Assembly: GCA_002269645.1 (NCBI GenBank)
Contig: NIVC01000061.1
Coordinates: forward strand, 1,054,001-1,118,000
From: Macrostomum lignano
Lineage: Eukaryota
Direction of reading: 5' to 3'
Length of the DNA stretch: 64,000 nucleotides
Shown here: positions 38,246-49,560 of the stretch, piece by piece
Layout of the letters: each line of letters opens with the position of its first letter
How positions within the stretch are numbered: the first letter of the stretch is position 1
Made by a program: the position numbers and the translations under genes
Notes under the pieces: model-generated
Told to the model about the DNA's origin: nothing
What the model saw: the letters and a program-made list of their open reading frames with translations, nothing else
Databases searched by the model: none

Positions 38246-39357
38246 ATGAGAATTCTAGAGTCAGTTGCGTTGCTGTTTTGGACTGCCTTCGGCTGTGGCG
38301 CCCTGCTCGCCCTGCCGGCCGTCTCAGCCCAGGCCGTCACGACCTGGAAGCAGCTCCGAGGTGACGTCTCCGAGTACCGGCTGCTCAAATCGATCCGAGC
38401 TCAAGGCGAGACGCACTGCGTCAGCAGCGCTGCGGCGGCCGGGGCTCACGCGGCCTCCTTCGATGCTGCATCGGGCGGCTGCGACCTGCTGGTGTGCGAC
38501 CGAGGTGGCCAGGACGGCTGCAGGAAGTGCCGGCATGAGAGGGAGCTGAGTCTGCCGATGCTGTGGGTGAGTGACCTGAGTCTGCCGATGCTGTGGGTGA
38601 GTGAGCTGAGTCTGCCGGTGCTGTGGGTGAGTGAGCTGAGTCTGCCGATGATGCTGTGGGTGAGTTAGCTGAGTCTGCCGGTGCTGTGGGTGAGTAAGCT
38701 GAGTCTGCTGATGATGCTGTGAGTGAGTGAGTTGAGACTTGGGTCGCTGACTGATGAATCGTCCTGTCTCTCAAACTGCAGATCAAAGAGCCGTCGGAGA
38801 CCTGCTGGACGACGTTCCAGCGCAGAGTCGACGGCTCCGTCAGCTTCGACCGTGGCTGGTCGGAATACGTCAATGGATTCGGTCAGGGCGAGAGTCTCAA
38901 CTACTGGATGGGGCTGGAGCAGCTGCACCAGCTCACCGCCACTGGAGGGTGGAGAGTCCGCTGGGAGTTCAGCGACTGGAACGGCACCTGGTACTGGGCT
39001 GAGAATGCTCCGTTCTCTGTTGGCCCAGCGACTGACAAGTACAGGTGCTCGATGGGACCGTTGGACGCGAGCAGGTCGAGTGTCGGACAGCGAACTTATT
39101 CGGACTGGTCACCGAACAACTGGCAGTTCAGCACGCCGGATTCTGACAATGACAACTGGGCTGCGAACAGCTGCGCCCATGACAGGTCAGCTGGTTGGTG
39201 GTTCGGCCTGTGCACTTTTATCAACCCCAACGGAGTGTACCTGGTGCCACCAGCCGCATTTTCAGGCGGAGGAATGTACTATTATCTGCACGACGCTGGC
39301 CTGGAGCTGACGCTGTTCTACTCTATGAGGAACTTCGAATGCTTGATTCGCCAGTGA
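38246..39357 (+). CDS. Secreted PAN/apple-like + fibrinogen-related (FReD) protein, copy 1, about 298 aa
   Basis: join(38246..38566, 38782..39357), phase 0 GT-AG; signal MRILESVALLFWTAFGCGALLALPAVSA; FReD motifs WTTFQRRVDGSVSF, YWMGLEQLHQLT, FSTPDSDND, CAHDRSAGWWFGLC. Start codon and donor choice uncertain. Confidence 0.85.
38543..38730 (+). repeat. 30/33 bp repeat carrying G|GTGAGT donors at the FReD1 exon1/intron boundary
   Basis: (GAGCTGAGTCTGCCGATGCTGTGGGTGAGT)n. Confidence 0.92.
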
Positions 39358-39375
39358 TTACGGACAGTCAATCGC

Positions 39376-40312
39376 GTGGAGCTGAGACTGCATGGATTGA
39401 GTCACCCGTGGAGCTGAGACTGCATGGATTGAGTCACCCCGTGGAGCTGAGACTGCATGGATTGAGTCACCCGTGGAGCTGAGACTGCATGGATTGAGTC
39501 ACCCCGTGGAGCTGAGACTGCATGGATTGAGTCACCCCGTGGAGCTGAGACTGCATGGATTGAGTCCCCCGTGGAGCTGAGACTGCATGGATTGAGTCAC
39601 CCCGTGGAGCTGAGACTGCATGGGTTGAGTCAACCCGTGGAGCTGAGACTGCATGGATTGAGTCACCCCGTGGAGCTGAGACTGCATGGATTGAGTCACC
39701 CGTGGAGCTGAGACTGCATGGATTGAGTCACCCCGTGGAGCTGAGACTGCATGGATTGAGTCACCCCGTGGAGCTGAGACTGCATGGATTGAGTCAACCC
39801 GTGGAGCTGAGACTGCATGGATTGAGTCCCCCGTGGAGCTGAGACTGCATGGATTGAGTCACCCGTGGAGCTGAGACTGCATGGGTTGAGTCAACCCGTG
39901 GAGCTGAGACTGCATGGATTGAGTCACCCAGTGGAGCTGAGACTGCAATGATTGAGTCCCCCGTGGAGCTGAGACTGCATGGATTGAGTCACCCCGTGGA
40001 GCTGAGACTGCATGGATTGAGTCACCCGTGGAGCTGAGACTGCATGGATTGAGTCACCCCGTGGAGCTGAGACTGCATGGATTGAGTCACCCCGTGGAGC
40101 TGAGACTGCATGGATTGAGTCAACCCGTGGAGCTGAGACTGCATGGATTGAGTCACCCCGTGGAGCTGAGACTGCATGGATTGAGTCAACCCGTGGAGCT
40201 GAGACTGCATGGATTGAGTCACCCCGTGGAGCTGAGACTGCATGGATTGAGTCAACCCGTGGAGCTGAGACTGCATGGATTGAGTCACCCCGTGGAGCTG
40301 AGACTGCATGGA
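39376..40312. repeat. 32-33 bp minisatellite just 3' of the FReD1 stop
   Basis: (GTGGAGCTGAGACTGCATGGATTGAGTCACCC)n, about 29 units. Confidence 0.96.
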
Positions 40313-40879
40313 TTTATGAACTCAACAGACTTAACTTTTTCTTTAGATAGCTTGCTGGCTGTATGCATGTAATATGCCTATTTGGGAGCCCCGATACCTC
40401 ATTATTTATAAAATGACATGATATACTTTGGTTTAGGTTTAGTCAATAATGCGCATATGGGCGCTTCTTGTGAGGAAAATTTTTTTATAAGCTCAGCGGA
40501 TAGCCTCGAAAAAGGGAGCTGAAATTGTCGCCACATAAATTGCGTGATGAACTCGTTTTGTTTCGAATGTTTCTTTGTTGTTATTTAATAGTGTTCCATG
40601 TCTGCAATTATTCAAATTAATGTACGAGTCAAGGGATTGCTTTTAGCTCTTACTCTGCCGGGTTTTTGTTTCACATTATTTATACGGTCGAAAGTCTATC
40701 TTGATGAGCACTTGATGAAGTGCCATCTTTGTAAGTAGCCACCGCCAGTGGCTGCGAACCTTATTCAATTAATTAGTGTCTTCTGTCTCACCTTGATTCA
40801 GAATACTGTGTCACATAAAAATTCAAAATAATCTGGTGTTCCAAAAGTAATTAGCCCCCCCCCCCATAGTAACTTCTAA

Positions 40880-41290
40880 ATGTCAAGGCTTACTGGGGGA
40901 ATTACTGAGACTTCAAGGCTTACTGGGGGAATTTATAAGATTTCAAGGCTTACTGAGGGAATTGCTGAGATGTCAAGGCTTACTGGGGGGATTTCTGAGA
41001 TTTCAAGGCTTAATGGGGTAATTGCTGCGATGTCGAGGCTTACTGGGGAAATTTCTGAGATGTCAAGGCTTACTGGGGTAATTGCTGCGATGTCGAGGCT
41101 TACTGGGGAAATTTCTGAGATGTCAAGGCTTACTGGGCTGGGAGAATTGCGTTGATGCCAAGGCTCGCCTTTGCGTTGCTGCGATGTCAAGGCTTATTGA
41201 GGGAATTGCTGCGATATCAAGGCTTACTGGGGGGATTTCTGCGATGACAAAGCTTACTGGGGAAATTATTGAGATGTCATCAAGGCTTAT
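40880..41290. repeat. 30 bp degenerate minisatellite
   Basis: GAGATGTCAAGGCTTACTGGGGGAATTGCT-type units. Confidence 0.88.
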
Positions 41291-42524
41291 GGCATATTGA
41301 GCTCCTGCTGCGGACCAGAATATGCCCAGGCCAATGACGATATGCACTAAGAGTTTGTGCTTGAAAGGATAAGTACTATTTGCTGAATGAGAAAGGGTTT
41401 TGGGCTGATGAAGGAAACTTTGGCTGGTGAAGGTTTTGATTCATGGCAATTTATTTTTGCCAAGAATGAGGAAAAGTAAGTTTTGATTAATGGATTTTTA
41501 ATAATTAGTAAGGTTATTACTCATAGGCCAAAATAAAAACCATTTGGCGTCATTCTTGCGTCCCCCAACGGGGGGCTTAAATTGCTAGTAGTAACTTCTA
41601 AACTGCGGTATATACATGAATGAAAAATTACACACACACTCATGTATCTGGGCCAAGCAGCTATGTAAAGTTTGGGCTCTCAGTCGAATACTTAAAAGAA
41701 TCTATCAGGTAGAACGTGAAGCCTATATAATTAATGGTAAAAAACCAGAGCCGTGGTTTAAAAGAATTTTACTGGTGTCTAAAGTTAGTAGTTGTCTTTC
41801 TGTTTTTGAGTTGTCTGCCATACTTTCTACAGGTAAAATGAGTGAAATACTGAAATGAGTTGCAATAAAGAGAAGGTCCGGTTTTTCGCTTACACGTCAG
41901 AACAGCAACTTGGTGTGACGAATTTAGATCGATTAGTAATGGACGATATCGATGTAGCGCCCGCTAGGATCGAGTTTATTTTAATCAATTCGCAATTGAT
42001 AATAATCCAGTCAAATATTATGTTGCGATTTCAGGGCCGGTTTTACTGGCTCTGTAATCGGTTTTAGCTGACCGGGCCGGTGCCTCTGCCCGCTGGGTGG
42101 GGGTGGGTGCGGTGTGCGTGGTGTGGGCTGGTGGGGGTTGGGGTCGCGCTGGTCCTTTTATTCGCGTGCTCTGCCCTCAGCGTTGGCATGCTTGGCAAAA
42201 AATTTTTTTTGGCTACCAAAGATATCGATATCTCACTGCCAATATGCTCCGCGCTGACAATCTAACAGCCAAACAACTCAAGAATGAGTGATTCCTGCAC
42301 GCCGATGAGTGTGTCAATGGCAAAATTGACGCACGATTCTGCCATTGACGCACGAGTCGGCGTGTTGGAATCCCATTGTCGATTGACTATTAAGTTGCAT
42401 CATAAATTTGAGTGAGTGCACAGAGAGGGTTCAAGGGGGCGAAGCCCCCTTGCGGGGGTGTGGGGGTAGAGCCCCCAGAGAGGGGTCAAGGGGGCGAAGC
42501 CCCCTTGCGGGGGTGTGGGGGCGG

Positions 42525-45030
42525 AGCCGCGGTGGAACAAGCCAATGACTACGCCCGGTACAAAATCCAAGTGGCTGAGCTTTTCGACCGATTCCCAGTG
42601 CACCGGGTGGTCCGATTCGACCATGACTACCGCCAGCATCGCGCCGCCAACAGTCTCCGCTGGGGAAAAGACTGCTCCCAGATGTTTATCAGGCACCTGC
42701 TCAGCACTAAGAGTGACCAGCAGAACCAGCAGAACCAGACAGCCAGGCGTCCCCAGCCTAAAAATAACCGCATCGTTGGGCCGCGAACATCCTCAGGCCG
42801 TGAGCTCTGTCTGTCTTTCAACAGCACCAACGGATGCTCAAGAACGAACTGCCGCTTTCTGCATGCCTGTCGAGTCTGCGAGGGCAACCACTCCGAGCAG
42901 AATCACGCAAAAAACTGAGAAAGCGCGCCAATTGCGCGCGCACAGCCGATTTTACGCCTTCTGATTTTAACAACCTGACGCAGCCTGCCCCAGCGGCAGG
43001 CCTCCTCAGGCCGTCTACTCAAATCTCTGATCTGACGCGGCCGTCTGGTGATCTCCAAATCGACGCCTGGCGCCTGGAGCTCGCCGGTGACCACGACGCT
43101 GATTTTATTCTTGACGGCATCCCTATGGCTTCCATGGCTTCCCTATTAAGCATGGCTTCCCTATTGCTGATGACCTTGATTTTACGCCCTGTTTTCTGAG
43201 CAACTACAAATCCTCCTACCAAAAGCGCGACCAAGTCCAAGCAGCCCTAGAAGAAGAAATCCGTCTGGGCAGATACATCCCGGTGGCGGACAAGCCCACG
43301 ATGGTCTGCCCGCTTGGCGCGATTCCTAAGGACAGCGCCAGCATCTGGCTGATCCACGACTGCTCCGTTCCTCACGGCCAAAGCCTGAACGACCACTACG
43401 CACAGCAGCGCAAGCTCCGCTTCACTTCTGTCGATGAGGCCGTCAGGTTGATGCAGCCGGGCTGGTTCATGGCGAAGGTTGACATCGCATCCGCCTACCG
43501 TGCTGTGCCCATTTCTCCGCAGTGCTACCAAGCCACCGGGATCCACTGGGACTTCGGTGACGGGCGCTCGGCTTACATAGTGGACACGCGGCTACCATTC
43601 GGCAGTCGTGCCTCTGTCAGCATCTTCCATCGTCTCACTCAAGCGGTTCGGCGTATGATGTGCCGCAAAGGCTTCCTGGCCACCATTGTCTTCATAGATG
43701 ACTTTCTTGTCATGGCGAGGACAGAAGCTGAGTGCAACCGAGCCTACTGCGAGCTGCGTAACCTGCTCACCGAGCTTGGATTCGTCATCAACGAGAGAAA
43801 AGCCGTGCCACCAACAACCAAGCTGCGGTTCCTGAGGATAGACATCGATACCGTGCAAGCGAGCCTCTCTTTCCCAGCTGACAAAGCCAAGAAGGTTCAG
43901 TTCCCGCTTCACACCTGCCTGTCGCAGCAAGACGTGTCGAAGTCTGAGTTGCAGAAGCTGCTAGGGCATCTCAGCCATGCCCATATGTGCACTACCGCTC
44001 AGCACGGTCGAACCTTCCTGCGCCCGCTCATCGATCTCACCAATAGCCTGACGCATCCGTCCGACCGTGTTCAAGTTAACGGTGGAGCTCAGGTCTCAGC
44101 TGGAGTGGTGGACGATCGCGTTGAGCATTCTGCCGCTAAAGTCCGCTTGGCCATCGCGTCGGCCGGCCGCCGCTATCGAGTCTGACGCCTGCATCGCAGG
44201 CGGCGTAGCGGTGCTGCACTTCGACGACAGTGACTCGACCTGGCTTTTTATTAGCTGGCAACTCGACTGCGGTAGCGAGTTCGAAGAGCTCCACATCAAA
44301 CTCAAGGAGTGCGCCGCCCCTCTGGTCGCTATCCTGAAGCATCAAGAGGCCCTCAGCGGCCGCTCCGTTGCGGTGTGCACGGACAGCACCGCTGCCTGCG
44401 GCATCATCAACTCTAGCTCGGCCAAGCATCGCAGCATCGCCGACCTGCAGAGGCTCGTCACTCTGACCTGCATCCAGCGTGACATTATCGTGCGCGCGTA
44501 CCACGTGCCTGGCCGCTTTCAGCTTCTCGCGGACCCGCTATCCAGAGCTAACGACCCTAGCCAGCTTGCTAACTTTCTTTTTCGTTTCTACGGCACCTGC
44601 TACGTGCCTACCCGCTTGCTTGCATCTGCTTGCTTGAGTCCTGCCGCTGCTTCTCACCTTCTTTTTCAGGTCCGCCTCCTGTGGTCTCAGTGCCTAGCCT
44701 CAGCTCGTCCGCCCGCCAACTGCTCGGCCGTGGCTTCGCAAACTCAACCAGCGCCGCCTACGCCACCCAGTGCGCATCCTGGTTGCGGTGGTTCTGCGAT
44801 GCCCATGGAGTTCGGCCACTGTCAGCGCAGCCTGCCGACGTGTGCAACTACCTGGCGGAGCTGGCTGGAAACCGACTGTTCTCCGTCAGCAGCCTGTCCT
44901 GTCACCTCGCAGCCGTGTCCTGGTTCTACAAGGCGAACGGTGTGGTCGACTCTACCAAGCAGCCACTGGTACAGCTTGCGCTGCGCGGAGCCCGACGGCT
45001 CCTTGGTGCTGCCCCAAAGAGGGCAGCACC
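42525..45030 (+). mobile_element. Decayed tyrosine-recombinase retrotransposon (Ngaro/DIRS group)
   Basis: Gag remnant ending in CLSFN..NGC..TNCRFLHACRVC Cys/His cluster; RT (LPFGSRAS, FIDDF); RNase H (ESDAC, TDST, LLADPLSR); YR N-terminal domain (STSAAYA...SLSCHLAAVSWFY). No methyltransferase seen; frameshifts near 43130 and 44090; catalytic YR half missing. Confidence 0.85.
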
Positions 45031-45226
45031 AAGTTTTAAACGAGTTTTAACCAATTTTTTTAACCAACAAAGTTTTATCCAAGTTTTTCTTGTTTTAAAC
45101 GCTAATTTCTTTCCCCTAAGCCGTCATGACCCAGAGGAAGAAGGCAGTTATAGATGTCTAGCCAACGTACATGCAACAATTAGGTTTGTTTTTGTTCTGT
45201 TTCAAGTTGTTTTCGTCTAAAGCTGA

Positions 45227-45330
45227 ATGGCCAAGCGCTACTGCGCTGCTCAGGACTGCTCGTCTAAGACTGGTGACAGAAATGAGGACGGCAGCAAGGT
45301 TAGTTTTTTTACTTTCCTATTAAGTCAAGC
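45227..45330 (+). pseudogene. THAP-domain N-terminal fragment
   Basis: MAKRYCAAQDCSSK...KVSFFTF fits MxxxCxxxxC...SFxxFP; the downstream W and CxxHF motifs were not recovered. Confidence 0.4.
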
Positions 45331-46065
45331 CAGCAACAGCAGTGCGCGAAGGTGTCTCCATGGATGTGTTTTCCAGATTGTGCTGTTACATGGGGTCGAG
45401 GAAAATCACAGATATTTATTGCTGCGTGGAATTGCCCAACAATATGTTCAAATCAAGCTGCATCACACAGTGAGAAGATAAAATCTGCTTCAACCTAAAA
45501 AAATTATGTTTCTTGGTCAGTGACTTCGAATGACCAATGTACCTGCTGTGCCATTTCGAATAGCTTTATAATTTTTTCCTTATTTCCTTACTGTTACATT
45601 GGATGAAAGTTATGAGGAATAGAAGTGTACAAAGCTACAAAAAGTAACTTGACATTTTTTACTTTTCACTTTTTGTCTAACTTGCCCCCCACTTATTCAA
45701 AGTTCGATCGCTTTATGCTTAGTTGTCTTGTTTCTTAACTTTTGAAACAATTTGTTATTTGTTTCAATTACTGCCTCCTTCAATTCCCTCTACATAATCA
45801 GTCAAGTACAAAAAATACAAACTAACTGCCGGTCTATCAAGAGGCAAAATTTGTTTACTTTGTTTATTAAATTCCAGCAGCCAATGAAATTCATGGGGGG
45901 GAATATCCCAATTTTTAGTAGGTTTTGGCCATAGACTCGTTTTCAGATGAGCGATCCTTTCTAATCTTTCATCCATGCTTAAAATGCGTCTGTCTAAGTT
46001 TTAGACCTTTAATTAAGAGTTATAACTTTATCAAAAAATCTGAAGCTTATTAATTTGTCAGGAAA

Positions 46066-46841
46066 ATGCTTCGACAATTCAATGCTCTGGTCATTGCTCT
46101 GGTCATTGCTCTGGTCATTGCTCTGCTCACAGGTGAGAATATATACTCTTGTTTGCTATTGTCTATTGTCCTTCAACCCCTTTAATGATTACATTATTCC
46201 CATGTTTTTAGCCAGATGATCCCTGTGTCACCTGGGATAAACCAGCCATATGATCCCTGTGTCACCTGGGATAAACCAGCCATATGATCCCTGTGTCACC
46301 TGGGATAAACCAGCCATATGATCCCTGTGTCATCTGGGATAAACCAGCCATATGATCCCTGTGTCACCTGGGATAAACCAGCCATATGATCCCTGTGTCA
46401 CCTGGGATAAACCAGCCATATGATCCCTGTGTCACCTGGGATAAACCAGCCATATGATCCCTGTGTCACCTGGGATAAACCAGCCATATGATTCCTGTGT
46501 CACCTGGGATAAACCAGCCATATGATCCCTGTGTCACCTGGGATAAACCAGCCATATGATCCCTGTGTCACCTGGGATAAACCAGCCATATGATCCCTGT
46601 GTCACCTGGGATAAACCAGCCATATGATCCCTGTGTCCCCTGCAGCCAGCCATGCAAGCCTCAAAGGTACAATATAAACAATAAACTGCCACCCTCAGCT
46701 CTGAAATCCCAGGTGGCGGCTCTACCAGACGACTTAGTGAACTGCTTAACCTTCGGTTTCATGTGCAGCTCAAACTCGGACTGCTGCACGAACACCTGTG
46801 CCAGAAGATACAGGTCATTCCAATACGGACAGTGCAAATAG
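46066..46841 (+). CDS. Knottin C: secreted ICK peptide, about 76 aa
   Basis: join(46066..46132, 46646..46666, 46699..46841), phase 1 GT-AG; MLRQFNALVIALVIALVIALLTASHASLKALKSQVAALPDDLVNCLTFGFMCSSNSDCCTNTCARRYRSFQYGQCK*; AATAAA at 46878. Micro-exon optional. Confidence 0.8.
46216..46640. repeat. 34 bp minisatellite in knottin C intron 1
   Basis: (GATCCCTGTGTCACCTGGGATAAACCAGCCATAT)n, nearly invariant. Confidence 0.97.
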
Positions 46842-48149
46842 ACCGAGCTGAAAAGCTTTGCTTTCGTATTCTGTGGCAATAAAATTGAAATCCCCAGCTT
46901 AAATTGATATTTTTTACTACTGCTTACTGATATTGATAAGTAGTATGTTTTTGCGCGCGGCGGAATACTGGTAGAAGTTTAGCCTCAAATGCTTCTTTAC
47001 TCTGGTACAGATAAATTATATAGTACTGTATAAATATATAGCGGCTCCATAGTTTCACCCCTGATCACGTGATCAGGATTCCACGAAGAGTGACGTCACT
47101 TTTGCATGCTCACAGTTAATGTACACGAGTGCTTCTTTAAACATTTTAAGAGCCACTACAGTGTGAGTTTTTACGATCCACACCCTCTGGATCCACCACC
47201 TCTTATATGATATCATTTTAGCATCCTGAATCTTTACCCCGGAGGCCGAATTGAGATTTCGATTCCAGGGATTTAAGCACTTTGTCCATCATGAACTTGG
47301 AGAAATGATCGTGGAGTCTGCAGGCAGACTTCTGCAACATCTGTTGGTCAGAGAGGCTCAGTGGTGTCAAAGGATTTTGGCAGAGACATAGCTTTTTATT
47401 TGATTTTGTATTTTTTACTTGTATGGCGATATTCGCAATTATCTCAATTTACTAGTAGTAATTTAAGCATTTCTAAAAAAATAGGACAAAAAATTACACT
47501 ACGAGTAATTAATTAAATGAGGTTCACAGGCGGTTGCTATGCTTACAAAGAAGGCATTTTGAGTATTCACAAAAAGAGTAGTATACCACGGGACGAGCAA
47601 GAAGGTGCTTAAGTGTCCACCAAGACAGACTTTCGACCGTCAGAATAATGTGAATCATTCACAACAAAACGGGTTCATTACGCAATTTATTATTATAAGA
47701 AGTTTCCTGCAAAAATCTCCCATAAGGGTATTACCAACTAAGCTAACCTACAGTCAAGGACAACTCAAGTAACATATACAGGACGCTACACTCGAAATCG
47801 AAGATAAATGTTTTGAAGGCAACTTTTCGCCGAAAAATACACTACAGAGATCAGGAGGTTTTACTTTTTTCAGCACAAAAATTGTCATTGCCTTTGATAG
47901 GAGGCAGATCCAGTGTTCATCTTTTGATATGTTGTGTCTTTCTTATTGCTCTATCGATATTCATAAAGCTTTTTGTTCAGAAATATTTTTAACGGCAGGT
48001 TTAACTGGAAAAATACACTACGGAGATGGGAAATTTCACGATTTTCAACCCTAAAACAGTGATTGGGTCTCTTAACTAAATAATAAATGAGGTGTTATGA
48101 AGCTCTCGCCTGGACTTATAGCCAACTGTCTAGAAGAAAAGTTACTCAA

Positions 48150-48410
48150 AGTGACTCAATCCATGCAGTCTCAGCTCCACGGGTGACTCAATCCATGCAG
48201 TCTCAGCTCCACGGGGTGACTCAATCCATGCAGTCTCAGCTCCACGGGTGACTCAATCCATGCAGTCTCAGCTCCACGGGGTGACTCAATCCATGCAGTC
48301 CCAGCTCCACGGGTGACTCAATCCATGCAGTCTCAGCTCCACGGGGTGACTCAATCCATGCAGTCTCAGCTCCACGGGGTGACTCAATCCATGCAGTCTC
48401 AGCTCCACGC
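48150..48410. repeat. Inverted copy of the 32-33 bp FReD 3' minisatellite, about 8 units
   Basis: Reverse complement of the 39376-40312 unit. Confidence 0.95.
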
Positions 48411-48430
48411 GATTGACTCTCCCCCCGTCA

Positions 48431-49560
48431 TCACTGGCGAATCAAGCATTCGAAGTTCCTCATCGAGTAGAACAGCGTCAGCTCCAGGCCAGCGTCGTGC
48501 AGATAATAGTACATTCCTCCGCCTGAAAATGCGGCTGGTGGCACCAGGTACACTCCGTTGGGGTTGATAAAAGTGCACAGGCCGAACCACCAACCAGCTG
48601 ACCTGTCATGGGCGCAGTTGTTCGCAGCCCAGTTGTCATTGTCAGAATCGGGTGTGCTGAACTGCCAGTTGTTCGGTGACCAGTCCGAATAAGTTCGCTG
48701 TCCGACACTCGACCTGCTCGCGTCCAACGGTCCCATCGAGCACCTGTACTTGTCAGTCGCTGTGCCAACAGAGAACGGAGCATTCTCAGCCCAGTACCAG
48801 GTGCCGTTCCAGTCGCTGAACTCCCAGCGGACTCTCCACACTCCCGTGGCGGTGAGCTGGTGCAGCTGCTCCAGCCCCATCCAGTAGTTGAGACTCTCGC
48901 CCTGACCGAATCCACTGACGTACTCCGACCAGCCACGGTTGAAGCTGACGGAGCCGTCGACTCTGCGCTGGAACGTCGTCCAGCAGGTTTCCGACGGCTC
49001 TTTCATCTGCAGTTTGAGAGACAGGACGATTCATCAGTCAGCGACCCAAGTCTCAGCTCACTCACCCACAGCATCATCAGCAGACTCAGCTTACTCACTC
49101 ACAGCATCGGCAGACTCAGCTCACTCACCCACAGCACCGGCGGACTCAGCTCACTCACCTACAGCACCGGCAGACTCAGCTCACTCACCCACAGCATCGG
49201 CAGACTCAGCTCACTCACCCACAGCATCATCAGCAGACTCAGCTCACTCACCCACAGCATCGGCAGACTCAGGTCGCTCTCATGCCGGCACTTCCTGCAG
49301 CCGTCCTTGCCGCCCCGGTCGCAGACCAGCAGGTCGCAGCCGCCCGATGCAGCGTCGAAGGAGGCCGCGTGAGCCCCGGCCACCGCAGCGCTGCTGACGC
49401 AGTGCGTCTCGGTTTGAGCTCGGATCGAGTTGAGCAGCCGGTACTCGGAGACGTCGCCTCGGAGCCGCTTCCAGGTCGTGACGGCCTGGGCCGAGACGGC
49501 CGGCAGGGCGAGCAGGACGGAGGCGATGGCGCAGAGATGAAGGCTCAGATTTGAACTCAT
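48431..49560 (-). CDS. Secreted PAN/apple-like + FReD protein, copy 2, about 294 aa
   Basis: join(49560..49252, 49006..48431), phase 0 GT-AG; near-identical to copy 1 from LLALPAVSA onward. Confidence 0.87.
49045..49272 (-). repeat. 30/33 bp donor-bearing repeat in FReD2 intron
   Basis: Mirror of 38543-38730. Confidence 0.92.

Noticed and set aside
47238-47390. Exon-like open stretch on the minus strand ending in G|GTAAAG
   Set aside because: No good acceptor, no homology recognised and no partner exons found.
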